Below are positions 1 through 13,514 of a stretch of DNA of 64,000 nt, piece by piece. Origin of the DNA: Psilocybe cubensis (Eukaryota); the NCBI GenBank assembly GCA_017499595.2, contig CM039001.1, positions 434,001-498,000 on the forward strand. The letters are read 5' to 3'. Positions within the stretch are counted from its first letter, which is position 1, and the number at the start of each line of letters is the position of its first letter. A program made the translations under genes and the position numbers. The notes under the pieces are model-generated. The model ran no database searches, was not told the DNA's origin, and saw only the letters and a program-made list of their open reading frames with translations.

Positions 1-2847
1 GAATTTGTGGAAGGCTGGCATGCACTGCCGACTCATTCTCGGACCAAGGAGGTATACACTGGCCCATATGGGTCGAAAGTTACCCTACCTCGAACATTGC
101 CACTTCCTGAACGCGAATTTAGCGTTCCACGCATATACAAGACCATCATATCTGCACATCGCCACGCAGCTTTCAAAGCCTACTCATGCCTGTACGAGGC
201 TGGATTACTCAATGATAGCCTGTTGCCAATTACAAGCGTAGTCGAGCCAGAGTTAGAGGAGGAGGTAAAGGCTATGTTAGCAGATGTGGAGAGGAGAGAT
301 GGGTTTGCGAAAGTGTCGATGAGTATTGACCCATGGTCTGGTCAAAATAACACCGATGATCTCTGGCATTCGTCGCAATTGGAACTCGAAGGCCTGCCGC
401 CCTTACTGTTGTATACGCGTGCTGAGGTGGTTTCTTCTGCTATTTACGGCGGCCCAACTCTCTATCGTTCTGGACAGCCTCCCATAAGAACAACAATTCA
501 ATATTTAGGACACATTCAAGTGAAAAAAGAAACGATTTCTAAAGCCAGGAATTTCACTCGGAGGGTTTTCTGGGGTCTGAATAATTCTCGCATGGATTGG
601 GACGATCTTGACTTTTCGTATCTCTTTTTGCCAATGGACGACGTTGACACGGAATGGGATGTTCGCCGGTCCTGGCTTTCCAGTCTTGCGAACGAGAACC
701 CCACGAGGCACCCATATCGTCTCATGGTCCACGCGGATGATTTTGGGGAGAAGTTTGGCTACCCTTCGGATTTGACGTTGGTTCATCGGCATATGGGTAT
801 GGGGAGGCCTTTCAAATTTATTAGATGGCAATACGAACGAGTGTCAGAAGAGGAAGAAGAAGCAATCATCGAGCGGTACAGTAAGGTCCAGGATGTGGTG
901 CAGGTCACATACCCCTTACTCGTCGTGCAGCAATACCCGGCGAGAACCAACTTTTTGATACCCATAGTTCCTAAACCAGCATCAGGGGAGCCAGCTTCGG
1001 ATCCACCACCGTTGATCTTCCTCCTTCCGAGATTTTCAGGAGTGGTTTTGCTGTCATCAGAGGAGACCGAGTATTCGTTCCTTTTGCCTTCTGTTCTTCG
1101 TTCCCTGTCAATGACGATGACTGCGAACTCCATGTGCAAGACGTTGTTCCGGGAGACGCCACTGTCATCTATCTCTCTTTCCTTGCTTACTACTGCTATC
1201 ACCGCACCTTCTTCTGGTGAAAAGTTCAATTATCAACGTATGGAAACATTAGGGGATACAGTGGTCAAGTTTATGGTTGGGGTGCAACTCATGGCTGAAT
1301 ATCCACTGTGGCATGAAGGATACCTGACGAGAAAGAAGGACCACTCCGTGTCCAACGTACGTCTCGCAAAAGAGGACATTGCGAGAGGTGTTTTTAGGTG
1401 GATCATTCGAGGTAAGGTGTTTCCATATGATGTACGGAATGGTCGTTCTGATTGGTCGCAATTCGTTGAAAGACATTATGCTTGGCAAGAAGTGGAAACC
1501 GAAGTATTTCACCACTATCAAAGGAGCTATCGCCGATGCTACCTCGCCCCTTACGGAAAATGCCAGTGAGACAGGGACACCAGCACCAGAAGGAAAGAAA
1601 CCAGACAATGACAAGTCAAAGAAGAAGAAGTCGAAAAAGCCACAGCAGCTATCGACTAAAGGTATGTACTTTGCTTCTCTATAGGAAGTATGCCCGTTGT
1701 ACGCCGTAGTCTAATTTGTCTTTCAGTGCTAGCCGATGTTGTTGAGTCTGTCATAGGAGCGGCTTACCTTCATGGAGGATTTGAATTAGGCTACGAATGC
1801 GTCAAGTTCTTCAATTTGGGGTTAAAATGGGAACCCGTCTCGACCCGCATCGCGCAGATCCTATCACGAGTCCAATCACTGACGCCTGAAGAAACGGAAA
1901 ATCTCCCACCCCAATTGGCAGACGTCGAAACCATGCTCGGATACACGTTCCAGCGCAAGCTCCTTTTGATCGAAGCCCTGACTCACGCAAGCTACCAGCA
2001 CGACAGTCGCACACCATCCTACGAACGGATGGAGTTTCTCGGGGACTCGGTGCTTGATATGATTGTGACCAACTATTTGTATCATGCCCCAGGGAAGAAC
2101 TACAGCCCTGGACATCTTCATTTGCGAAAATCTGCGGTTGTAAATGGTCACATTCTTTCGTATGTATGTCTGAAAACGTCTATCAGGGTGGAGGCGGATA
2201 TGCCCCGGCCGAATGCTGATGGGAGGATCGAAGTGTCGAGGGAGGGTCAGGACATTCATTTGTGGAAGTGTCTCCTTCATTCGAGCCCGAAAGTCATGGA
2301 AGATCAGCTGAACGCGTCAACACGGTATCGGAAGTGCAAGGATGAGATAGAAGAGAGTCTCATGACGGGAACGGTCTTTCCCTGGGCGGCTCTCACGAAA
2401 CTGCAGGCTCCCAAATTCTTCAGCGATATGATCGAGAGTCTCATCGGTGCCATATTCCTAGATTCGAACGGCTCGGTCGACATTGTACATCAGGTTCTTA
2501 CCAAGCTCGGAATCATACCACTTTTGGAATATATCGTAAAAAATGACGTCGATATATTGCATCCTGTTTCCCGACTTTCATTATGGGCGCAAAAGCACGA
2601 CAAGACCATCGAGTATGTGATCGAGAGAGGTGGTGGCAAGGTCACCTGCGCTGTCCTGGTGGACGACAAAGAAGAGGCGAAGGCTGAATCGCAGTGGAGA
2701 GGTAAACCTAGTCAAGAAGAGGTCAAATTTGCTGTCGCGGAAATGGCGATCAAGGCGTTCAAGTTGCGGGATGTTGGTGTCAATTACGAGACACTGAAAA
2801 AGAAGGGATCGAAGCCGAAAAAGAAAAAGGATGTTGGTGGAAAGTGA
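1..2847 (+). CDS. DCL: Dicer-like ribonuclease III, 3' part (5' end lies outside the window); introns near 1412-1470 and 1662-1727
   Basis: Two RNase III signatures (YQRMETLGDTVVK...LADVVESVIGA and YERMEFLGDSVLD...FSDMIESLIGAIFLD), C-terminal dsRBD-like segment (HPVSRL...KFAVAEMA), and an N-terminal AAFKAYSCLYEAGLLNDSLLP segment typical of the Dicer dimerisation domain end. Confidence 0.95.
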
Positions 2848-3094
2848 AGAAATCATTCAAATATTCGACGAACTGGAAGCTCAAAGCATTTGTACGAGAT
2901 TTAACACATGGAACGTGCCGTAGATATAGTTGTATCATTACTACCATTGCCACTCTGCTAAAGACTGCTTTGATCCAATGACACGATCAGTGTTTTGTGA
3001 CCGTGAGAAACCGTTTTCCATGACACGGAACGGATTGACTACGCGCAGTTTCTCTCATTACTTTGCTCTATCATTATACCCTTAATTCTTCAAA

Positions 3095-4768
3095 ATGCCT
3101 GTAGAGAAGTCTCCAGATAGCTTTACGTTTACCGTTGGAAAGCTGGGTACGCAGATTTACGTTGAATCCTGTTCGCATTAACTCAACGAAACGGAACATT
3201 TATAGACGCGGGAATGGCGGTATGCTGTGTACAACTCGTTACATTTGCAACGATTCTCATCATTCATCCTAGATTCTTCTCGGGGAGAGGGCGCACTTGA
3301 TTGAATTCCCGTCTATTCTTTTACCGCCTGGAGCGACGACAGGATCCATCGTTAACATTGCAGTGCACCAGAACCACGCCGAGGAGAAAAAGCGCGAGAC
3401 CGAATTTTGGTCTCTTCAGGAGGATATACTGAATCACTTTGGGCAGGAATCTCCTGAGCCACCAAAACTATCGGTGAGCAGTCTTACTTCTTTCTTTCCC
3501 TGACCTTAATCTTATACCTATTGCCAAAGGTTCGCAACATCACACAGACGTCGGTGACGCTGGAATGGCCACCTATCAAGCTGGCGACAGCCAAGCTTCG
3601 GTCTCTCGATATCTACAGAAATGGCGAACGGCTCTCTTCTGTCCCATCTCCTTTGACAAATACCTCGACGAAACATTCCGGAATGGACATCAACACCGAA
3701 TATTCGTTCCAACTCATTCTTCGCACTACAGCTGGAACATTCCCCTCGAACGTGCTTAAAGTCAAGACACACACTATGTCGGATACATCTGGAATTTCCG
3801 TATGCTTTGGGAATGTGCAGGACCCTGTCCTGCTGGAGAACGCAAAGTTAGCGTTGAGGGAGATGGGTGCGAAGTGGAGCGATACCATTCAAATTGATAC
3901 CTCGCACTTTGTGTGCACAACGCCAGCAGCTACCCCGACAGGTGCGAATGCAACTGGAAACGCGAGTAGTGCCCCGGGGGTTGCGTATCAGCGAGCTCTC
4001 CAGCTAAGTATACCTGTGGTGCAACCTCATTGGATCTTGGCGTGTCATGCAGAGAGGAGGTAAGTCATTCTCCTCTCTCAAAGTGGGTCTTATTTCTGAT
4101 TTGATGATAGAATGGTCCCTATTGCCTCGTTCTACCTTGGTGCAACAATTACCCCAACAACGGCCACCAGCTTTAACCGCCCGCAATCCATGTCTCAAGC
4201 GTCGATACCTCACACTCCATCAAGCCCTACTCCCAACTCGGGCAAGGGTAATCCAGCCTCGTATCGCGCTTCTATGCCACCTCCGTCAAGAGTACCAGAA
4301 ACCCCACCGGTTGCATCAGCATTTGTTAACCAACCTGCCCAGCGGCCCTTTGAGCCTACTTTGGAAGAAAGAGAGGACGACCTCGACGCGCACGATGTGA
4401 ATCTCGAGAGATCGACGAGTGTAGAGTCTAGCATTAGTTCAAACAAGGAAAAGAGGAAGAGCAGAATGGGGAGTATAAATAAAGCCTTCAAATTCCCACC
4501 CACCCCTACCACAGCTACGTCGAACACTGGAACTGCCGCTGAAGCTGCCCAAGAGAAGACTTCGCAATCTGCTCCTGCCGAAGATGGACCGGTCAAATCG
4601 GCTTCAGACGAAAGTAAAAATGAGAACAGGCGGTCTGTGGTCGACCCAGAGAACATTGAGGTGCCTGCACCCCCGCCGATGGAGAAGGAGAAGACTATGA
4701 GCCAAATCTCGTTGGATGATGATGGCGAGGACGAATTGGGTGATACCGTGGACATTCCTTTGAATTAA
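3095..4768 (+). CDS. CHS5: Chs5-like exomer subunit (CHS5_N + fibronectin III + BRCT, low-complexity tail)
   Basis: Spliced N-terminus TVGKL|DAGMA|ILLGERAHLIEFPSILLPPG; FN3 segment VRNITQTSVTLEW; BRCT segment DTSHFVCT...SIPVVQPHWILAC. ATG at 3095. Confidence 0.93.
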
Positions 4769-5096
4769 TGGGCTTTTTGGCTGTCGTTTTTGTTTCTTGT
4801 CTTAGATAGGATACCTTTTTTGTCTACGAGTAATATACCTACGCTTTGATCTAACTTTTACTCGACAAATGCAACTGCAAGACTAATGTCTGTCCAGGGG
4901 TTTGAAGAGCCCCTAAGCGGCGTATGTCATTGTCCGACCATAAGCAGTAATTCTTTCCCAGTCTCTAATTGGGAATCATGCGTCCAGAGCCCACTCCGAA
5001 GGTACACTCCCTTCCATGTTCACGTTGCCTGCACATCTGTAGAGATTCCCCTGTTGTCATTGTACAATATACTTATCTGGGACGACATATGCGACT

Positions 5097-8000
5097 ATGT
5101 CCTCGACTGAGACGTCAACAGGCGAGTCGCCTGTAAAACGCGAGGCAACGGGCACCCCATACGACGAGAAAGCGGACAACCATGTACCTTCGAGGCTCTC
5201 GGACAGTCCAACGCCCATGTCTGACTACGATGAGCAAGAATTAAGAAAGGAACACGAAGGCAAGAATGGCAAGGACGCGGAGTCGGATGAGAGTGAGGAA
5301 GAGGAAGATGATGAAGCAGAGTCCGAAGAGGAGGAAGACGAGGATGAGGATGATGAAGACGAAGAAGATGACGAGGAGCCCGCCTTGAAATACGAAAGGA
5401 TAACGGGAGAGATACCTGACCTGCTTAAGAAGGACTCTGCTTCTGCGCTTTGCGTGTCCAACAAATTGCTGGTACAATTGTTGCCATTTGCTTCGTACAG
5501 AGCTCTAAGTATATTACATTTCTTTACAGGCTATGGGCACTCATGCCGGTATCATTCACATTCTGGACATAACTGGAAAGCGGATAAAATCCTATAAGCC
5601 TCATCTGGCGTCTGTTGTAGATATCTCCATGGACGCGACGGCCGATTTCGTGGCTACAGCATCGATAGATGGTCAGTACCTCTTGCCCAGGGTGAGACGA
5701 TCGCGACATGTTTACACAGTTTGTGTCTAGGACAGGTCGTAGTCCGCTCTCTTTCGACACCAGAGCGATATTCATTTGACATGAAGAGGCCTATGCGAAC
5801 TGTGGCTATGGAACCTGATTTTGCGAAGAAAGGAACACGAGCATTTGTATGCGGTGGTTTATCTGGATCTCTGGTTTTGCGCGAAAAAGGCTGGCTAGGG
5901 CACAAGGAAACTTTGCTTCACTCGGGCGAAGGGCCGATCTGGCAGGTAAAATGGAAAGGGAGGCTTATAGCTTGGGCAAATGACAATGTATGTTCATATT
6001 TTCTTCCTCCTTTTCGCGTCCATCTACGTTACCAACCCTCCTTTTAACCTAGGGTGTCAAAATATACGACAACGTTTCTCAAACACGGATAGCCTTCATC
6101 GACCGACAGGCAGATAGCCCTCGTGCCGACCTATTTAAATGCACGCTTCATTGGCAAGACAACTCCACCCTCCTCATTGCATGGGCCAACTTCATCAAGG
6201 TTGCTCGAATACGAGAACGGCCACGGACCAACACAGCGCAAAATATTGCCAATGCACCACCTCTTATCGTCGAAGTCACGGCCGTGTTCCAACTTGACTG
6301 TATGGTATCAGGAATCGTCCCCCACCCCACCCCTGTCCCCGCTTCCATGATCATCGACGGACTCCCAACTTCTCTAAAACCTGATGGTTCGATTCAAACG
6401 CACCCTCAAACCCTTACCTCCTTTCTCATTGTGGCATACACGCCACCAGAAACCTTTGACGACACGGACGAAATCACCGACGACCGACGACGGCAGGCCC
6501 GCAAGGCGGCTGAACGCCCTGAAATGCGGATCATTTCTCGTGCGGGTGAAGAACTCGCCACGGACGCGCTTAGCGTGGCGGATTACCACCTGTGGGGGTG
6601 TAACGACTACACGGTGGTGGAGGTAGCGAGTTCAGATGATCCCTTGATTCGTGATGCCGATCGGTCCTATGTGGTGATGAGCCCGCGAGATCTTGTACAT
6701 GTTATGCCGCGAGATAAAAGGGACCATGTTGAGTGGTTGGTTGAGAGGCGACAGTATGAGGAGGCGTTGTCCGCCGTTGAAACGATTGAGGCGGAGGAAG
6801 CCGTCACGGGTTTTAAAGCCCCTGAAAGCCAGGGAAAGGCACATTTAACTTCACAGGATATTGGGCAGAGGTTTATTGAACATCTCGTACAGGAAGGTGC
6901 GTATTCTGTACCAACTCTTTTCTGCTTGCAGCTTAACAACGCTTTTCTACCCTGCTAGGCGACTTTGTCAAAGCCGCAAGACTGTGTCCCAAAGTTTGTG
7001 CCCAAGATGCCAAAAGATGGGAAGATTGGATATTTACTTTTGCGCATAGGAAACAACTCCACGTAGGTGTTCCTATTGAAATAGTTTTTTTTTTTTTTCA
7101 TCCTCTCCCAAACTTACGAAACCTTGTCAGGCAATTATCCCATACGTACCCAAAGAAAATCCGCGACTGGACCATGTCATTTATGAAATGATGCTCGCAG
7201 ATTTCTTGAAACACGATCGGAAGGTTTTTCTTTTCCTTGGATGACAATGCTAATCTATACATACTTATTTATGACTTTGATAGGCTCTTCTGCAAACAAT
7301 CAAAGATTGGCCTAGAGGACTCTATGATATATCAGCGGTCATTGTCGCCGTTCGTGCTGAACTTGACAGAACGGCATCAACGTCGTCAACAATATCGTCA
7401 AGCGGAGATTCGACTATTCTCATGGAATGTCTCGCCGAATTGTAACTTCCTCACTTTTTGTCAGACAAAACTAAGTAACTAATCACCGACTTACTTTAGG
7501 TACACCGCAAATCGTCAGCCCGGGAAGGCACTGCCATTTTACCTTCGCCTTCGCAAGTCCAACGTGTTCGATCTCATTCGCGACAACAATCTTTTTACGG
7601 ACGTGCAAGATCAGGTGTTATTGTTAGTCGAGTTCGACCACGAGTTGATTCAAAAGCGTAAAGAAAGTTTGGGCAAGGGCGAACAGCCTGATGTCAACGT
7701 TCAGAGTGACGCCATCACTCTGCTCGTGGACAACTTACACTCCATCCCAGTGCGTTTTCACATATTGTCATCTGTATTTATGGCTAAATAATTATTATTC
7801 TATAGATTAGCAGAGTGGTTCAGCAGCTAAAGCAGAGACCTTACTACTTGTTCCTTTATCTGGATGCCCTTGTACACAAGGATGCACAGTTGGTCACAGA
7901 TTTTGCGGATTTGCAGGTAAACCTTGGTTCGAGCGATCTAAAATAGTTTCCTTGTTTACCCATGCCAATTTTTCTACAGGTCAAAATGTATGCGGAGTTC

Positions 8001-9003
8001 GCGACATCTCGTCTTATTGATTTCCTGAGAGCCAGCAGTTCATACAATCTTGAGATGGTATGTTAGGTGTTCGGTTCTTCCTCGTATCCTACTCTGACTT
8101 CTCTAACTTCAATCTTCAAAACCAGGCCTACAAAGAATGTCAAGAACGCGATCTAGTTCCCGAAATGGTTTTCTTGTTAGGACGAATGGGCAATAACAAG
8201 AAGGCTCTCAATCTGATCATTGAACGACTTGGCGATGTCCATCGAGCTATCGATTTTGCAAAAGAGCAAAGTGATGACGATCTATGGGAGGATTTGCTAA
8301 AATATTCCGAGACTCGACCAGGTGAATTGATTCTGCCAAATTTGTGTCTACCCCAACTTGTCCTAATACAACACCCCTAGCATTCATACGAGGTCTTCTA
8401 GAGAACGTTGGGGTTGAAATCAGTCCTATTAGACTGATTCGGCGGATTAAGAACGGACTGGAGATCCCTGGGTTGAAGGAAGCGTTGATCAAGATTTTGC
8501 AGGATTTCCATCTGCAGATATCACTTCTGGAGGGATGTCAGACAATCCTGGACGGTGATAGTTCAGACTTGTCGAGGAAGCTGCAGAGAAACCAGTCGAG
8601 CGGGTTCTTCCTATCTTGTGAGTCAATTAGTTCTGTTTCAAGTTCTCTCATTTACTAATGCCATCTGAATAAAGCCACATCTAAATGTACACTCTGCCTG
8701 CGTCCTCTACAAGACTCCCCGCCATCGCTTATGTTCCTTTTCCTATGTCGACACGTTGTTCATTCCACTTGTGTCAGTGGCGCGGAAGATCTTCCACTTC
8801 CAACGCCAGATCCATACTTCTCCTCAACCTCCGATATAGATGGTGGAATGTCGCGGGGGATTAGTGGTGCCATCGCATTGTGAGTCGCATTTTTCCAGTT
8901 GTCAGTGTTCTCTGTATTGATAAATGACTCAAGCGAAACGATGATAAGATCGCGGTTACGTCGTGGATGTCCGGTTTGTCATAAGAACGGCGAAGGACAT
9001 TAG
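5097..9003 (+). CDS. VPS41: Vps41, HOPS complex subunit (acidic N-terminus, WD40, clathrin-repeat region, C-terminal RING-like)
   Basis: EEPALKYERI after a D/E tract; HSGEGPIWQVKW...IAWAND; LVPEMVFLLGRMGNNKKAL; DDDLWEDLLKYS; GLEIPGLKEALIKILQDF; terminal CxxC..CxH..H..C..CPVC; stop TAG at 9001-9003; many GT-AG introns. Confidence 0.95.
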
Positions 9004-9401
9004 ATCTCTATGGGCCATTTAGTTGTCATTCTCTTTCATTCATTTCATTCACTTCGATTTGTCCCTGTACCTTTACTCATATACCCGCTGGTCTATGTTG
9101 GCTTAATCTTTCACCTGACATTACCCATGGTGTTTGATTTGATGTGACGCCATTAAGCTTGCCCTAAACACATTCACGTGTTACTTTATACCGCGAACGC
9201 GCTTCGGTGTCTGTTTGTAGGTCTTTCATGCAAGACCACGATATGAATGGTCTTTTGGTTGATCGGTGGATCAGACCAGATTTTCCACCATCAACAGAAA
9301 GACTCTCTAATAAAACGTTTTACTTGACAATCATACCTCCAGGTTTTGTGGCTACTATTATTGAAATCAGCCATCCCAGGCTGATGGACCATCGGTGATC
9401 T

Positions 9402-10320
9402 CTATATGGTGGACTCGGCGACAGGTACTATAATCAGAAATTCATGCCCGTCGAGAAGATCTCCCAAACACCACCTTCCTGCGTCAACGTATGATTTCAA
9501 GGTGCTCAATGGCTCCTCATGGTCGACGTAAAAGTCGGTAAATGCAGATGAAACCACGCCACGTGTAGCCAGGTCCTTTTCGAATATGCTTCCTTTCAAA
9601 TGCGAAGAAGCGTCTCTGATATATGGGACCGGCGAGGCTTTCATAATCTCCCTGGCGTTTTTAGAAATGAAAGAAAGGTCGAGCTCTCCAGGAGAGAGGT
9701 CTTCAATATTCCATATAAACGTCAGATGTGTATATCATTGTAAAATGTTAAACAGCATTTACAGGAAAATTTGGCGAGAGTGTTTATTGAGGCTGGGTGG
9801 GTAGATGCAAGACCGATGGCATCTATTGGCGCATTTATATCGCAGAACAGCGGATTCAGTTTCAAGTTTTGAAGAAGAAGCGTCGCAATGTAACGTCTCC
9901 TAAAATTCTTATGGACGACTAGCTGTGTGACCCATGCAGCATGGCACCCTCACAAAGCAAAATCTGGTTATTACAGAAATCTGAATAAATCATACACGAA
10001 GTAACCCACCAGGTTTATACTCCCATACAGTAGCAAACGCTTGTCCAATAAGGTCGTCACCTCGTTTACATCGGCTCACCACCGTGTTGGCAGGATCGCT
10101 AATTAATTGGGATTTTAGTCTTGCAGGGCTAATCGATACGTGTTTTCCCGCTGGTGTGATAGAATAATGAGCATGATCAAGCTTCGAGTGTGTGACATGT
10201 CATATATTCTCCGTACCTTTGGTGCCCATTTGAGAAGACCAGACACCATAATGGTCGCTGAAGAGCTTGGCACATTCTTTGAGCATTTCATCGGTGAAGT
10301 TCCTGCAGTTCACTGTATCG
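9402..10320 (-). CDS. GNAT-fold acyltransferase-like conserved fungal protein (start codon uncertain, possibly 10426)
   Basis: Manually spliced exons read EMLKECAKLFSDHYGVW, IGQAFATVWEY, CWVTQLVVHKNFRRRYIATLLLQ (GNAT motif-A-like) and TDFYVDHEEPL...LGDLLDGHEFL. Confidence 0.65.
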
Positions 10321-11137
10321 AATACCAGAGAGTCAGAGATGTGCATATCTGTGGCAGGCGTATTTTTAAAGGTCGAAGTTTGGTAGAATCCAAGTAGAAA
10401 AGATGAAGATGACTATCGATCGGCATGCTTGAGTGTCGTAAATGGATCGCATTTAGCCGTGTGGCTTGCGACTCCGACTGAAAAGTATTTGATTCAAAGT
10501 TTCGTTACATTTGACCTATTTGTACTACATTCGATATATTTACATAGACTTTGAATAAACAAGTGATGGAACTTTAGAGGGTTTTGACTCCTACTACTCT
10601 CTAGGAATTGATAACATTTGGATTACCCATGATTGCAATCCTGTCAATGACCTAAGTCGACAATAGCTCACTGTGAGTAAGCTGCCGAAAACACAAATAG
10701 CACTTACTAACCTCTGATTCGAATTAGCTTTAGTAAGTTCCTGGTAAGTTCCCAAAACGGCTCCACATGTTCCTTGATACCTTTGTCTGCGTTTGATCTA
10801 AAAATAAACAGGCCACCCAAGGCCATTGCATCGTGATGCCATTATTTCTGCTATAGATATGGCCATCCGATTGAAGGTTGGGCCCTATATTCGTAGCGTG
10901 CCACATATCAACAACCATCAAACCTCCAACGACACTTTTAATATATATAAACTAGTGTCTTTGGTTTGATTGTAAGCCACACCATATCAGCTGCTCTTCA
11001 GGACACTCTGCAGCTTCGACTTCAGCGAATAGTTTCATTATCGTGACCGATTTCTCTTGTCTGTCGTCTTCGTTTCCCCTGCTATATCTCTGAATTCATA
11101 CTACACCTAGGAAATTGCATTTTCATCTGAACGAGAG

Positions 11138-11701
11138 ATGGAGAACCTTTCAAGACTTGTTAATCGTTTTCTTTCTCACCTTGGGTTTTCCGTCCCCGCG
11201 TACGAGGGTTGCTCTCTTCGCAATCTATCTGCGGCCAACAAGATTATCTACGATTTTCTTGCACTTATGCAATCAGACGAGGACATTGCTTACGGTGCAT
11301 TACTGCTACTTCAGCGATTCAAGGACATAACCCACAAAAAATCTTCTACTCAGGACGGCCACGTATATTTTATGGCTGCCTATACGCTTTCTGCGGGCAC
11401 ATTGCTTGCGGCAGAGAGATCGGCATCCATTCGATTCTCAACTCAGTCGTTCACCCTCACACATCCCTATACACCTTGGATTGAAGTTGAAAAGGCTCGG
11501 TTAAGCATCACTCATACTCTCACAAACAACATAGCTTTCGACGACAAACTGCCACTCTTTAAATTGGTCATCCAAAGAGACTTTAGATCGGACCCAAGCC
11601 AACAACTTCCTCCATATCCTAGAAATCTTGTAACAAACCATCCACAGTTTCTAACATCCACAAATTCTCGATGTAACCCAGGCTATAACGCGTACCAGTA
11701 G
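11138..11701 (+). CDS. Diverged cyclin-fold (Pcl/Pho80-like) protein 1, intronless, 187 aa
   Basis: IAYGALLLLQRFK...DGHVYFMAAYTLS...FKLVIQRDF...PPYP resembles the fungal Pcl-type cyclin box and is paralogous to 12445-13134 and 56236-56823; TATA-like TATATATAAA near 10942. Confidence 0.65.
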   Translation: MENLSRLVNRFLSHLGFSVPAYEGCSLRNLSAANKIIYDFLALMQSDEDIAYGALLLLQRFKDITHKKSSTQDGHVYFMAAYTLSAGTLLAAERSASIRFSTQSFTLTHPYTPWIEVEKARLSITHTLTNNIAFDDKLPLFKLVIQRDFRSDPSQQLPPYPRNLVTNHPQFLTSTNSRCNPGYNAYQ

Positions 11702-12444
11702 GCGGTGTAGGCTTCTTGACCTCAGTTTGTATTCTAAAAAAGCTCCCCAGTTAATAATTGGCTTGGAACTACGGAATATTGATGTTATAGAAAAATTTTC
11801 TTAATAAATTGAACTGATATTTGTGCATTTTCTGTCTTCTTCATACTCTGTCCCTCCTTCAAGTCTATTCGATTTAAGCCATCTAGTGCCACTAAGTCAA
11901 CAAAGCACGTGTTTCATCACCTGTGCGTTCCCACGCTTGTGGACAGGGCGTAGTTCTGGTATAATGATGTCCAGTTGTCCTTTGAACCTTCTTGTCTAAA
12001 AAGAATAATCCAGACACGCGTTTTACCCTCGTAAAAGTGTTGACAAATTCCACCTCGCATTGAATTTAATTGAAGTATGCTAGTAGTGACATGACGGAGT
12101 GCCTTCAACAATGGCCAAGTTGGGCCATGATCATTGGGCACAAAGGGTGGTTAGAGATTGCCGCTTACCTCATTGGTCAAATTCAATGTTTGGCCCATCA
12201 TTGGCCCTGGGCCATGCCATTCCGGGTATACTCAACGTCGCTTTGGCAGTGGGAAGGTACCGTGACTGTCGGCTACAATGGGATGTAATGCGTGCTGTTA
12301 ATCCTAAATCGGACGCAGTGAATCCAGTCAAAGCCAGCCTGGTGGCGTTCAGTCTTTAAAAGCAACTTTTTTCCACATAGTGCAAAGGTGTCATTACAGA
12401 AATTTCCCTCAATCCTCAACTTGAACCCTTTTTGATCCACCACC

Positions 12445-13134
12445 ATGACCTCACAGTCAGTCAGTTCGCCACTTATTGAACAGGCAACATTCGTCCACGA
12501 AGCCAAACCGCTGGTCCTCAAGCCCTCTAATCGCCGCCCACAAAGAGCTGTTCGTACCAAGAAACCTTTGAAAGTCAGCGTCAGACAGAAGGGCATCAAC
12601 AAACGGACAAAAGCCAGCAATATTATGCCCAAAGACGATACCTCCAAGGCCGTCCGGATTGCGGTGGTGGTTGTAAACTACCTTGATACAGACCCAGAAT
12701 TCAAGGATAAATCCCAACAACAGACGCACCTCCTTTCCCGAATTTCAAACCTCAGCAAAGAAATCAGGGCGTGTACAAAGGGTCTGAAGGATGACTCCTG
12801 GATCATTTACAATGCTTTGATTTTACTCTTACGACTCAAAGTCAACAAACCTGGTCAACAACTCGGAGATGGTCTAGATCTATTTTTCACGGCTTACATT
12901 TTGTCTTTCAAATACCTGGCGGCTGGATATGAAGAGCTCCGATGGACCTTGGAGTCCTGGAAAATACTCACCGGCAGCAGACACGAGCTCAAGGAGATGG
13001 CCAAAATGGACTTAGCCATGTGTAAGGATCTTAACTGGAACCTTGGTTCCCAGACAAAACTTCAGGAATTCCGGAAGAAAATCGAGATCGACTATGACAA
13101 AGGTCTAGAGGTGTCTATAGAGAGTTACATATAG
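12445..13134 (+). CDS. Diverged cyclin-fold (Pcl/Pho80-like) protein 2, intronless, 229 aa
   Basis: IIYNALILLLRLK...DGLDLFFTAYILSFKYL...SWKIL...LKEMAKMDLAMCKDLNWNL...FRKKIEIDY follows the cyclin-box helix pattern (AL.LL.RLK / LF..A.IL..K / SW / ME..M...L.W.L). Confidence 0.75.
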   Translation: MTSQSVSSPLIEQATFVHEAKPLVLKPSNRRPQRAVRTKKPLKVSVRQKGINKRTKASNIMPKDDTSKAVRIAVVVVNYLDTDPEFKDKSQQQTHLLSRISNLSKEIRACTKGLKDDSWIIYNALILLLRLKVNKPGQQLGDGLDLFFTAYILSFKYLAAGYEELRWTLESWKILTGSRHELKEMAKMDLAMCKDLNWNLGSQTKLQEFRKKIEIDYDKGLEVSIESYI

Positions 13135-13514
13135 CTCTCATTTCTCTTGCAGAACCTTTCCAGATACCCATTCAACGATCATCTTTTCCCGTGCTTGGAC
13201 TGCCGTCACAATATTAGACAGGGCCTGTACTCAACAACTCGTCGGCATTGGTGTCTAATCGACTCGTCTTAGGCAGACTACTCTCACAAGCATTGCCTGC
13301 TTTTGATAAGACAGACGTCTTCTTTCTTCACCCCTTTCCATTAGATTCAATTGTTTCTTGGTTAATTCAGTGGTTGGCAGTGGTGGATGATCCCTTAATT
13401 TACAACACGCTTAGACGATAATGTGATGTAGTTTTTACTCTGACTTCGTTATTACAGACGAGGAACTAGTATTTTATATATGTGATAATAATTGAATAGT
13501 GACCTATCAAGTTA

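Noticed and set aside
5225..5477. Poly-Ser and hydrophobic antisense ORFs
   Set aside because: Antisense shadows of the Vps41 Asp/Glu tract.
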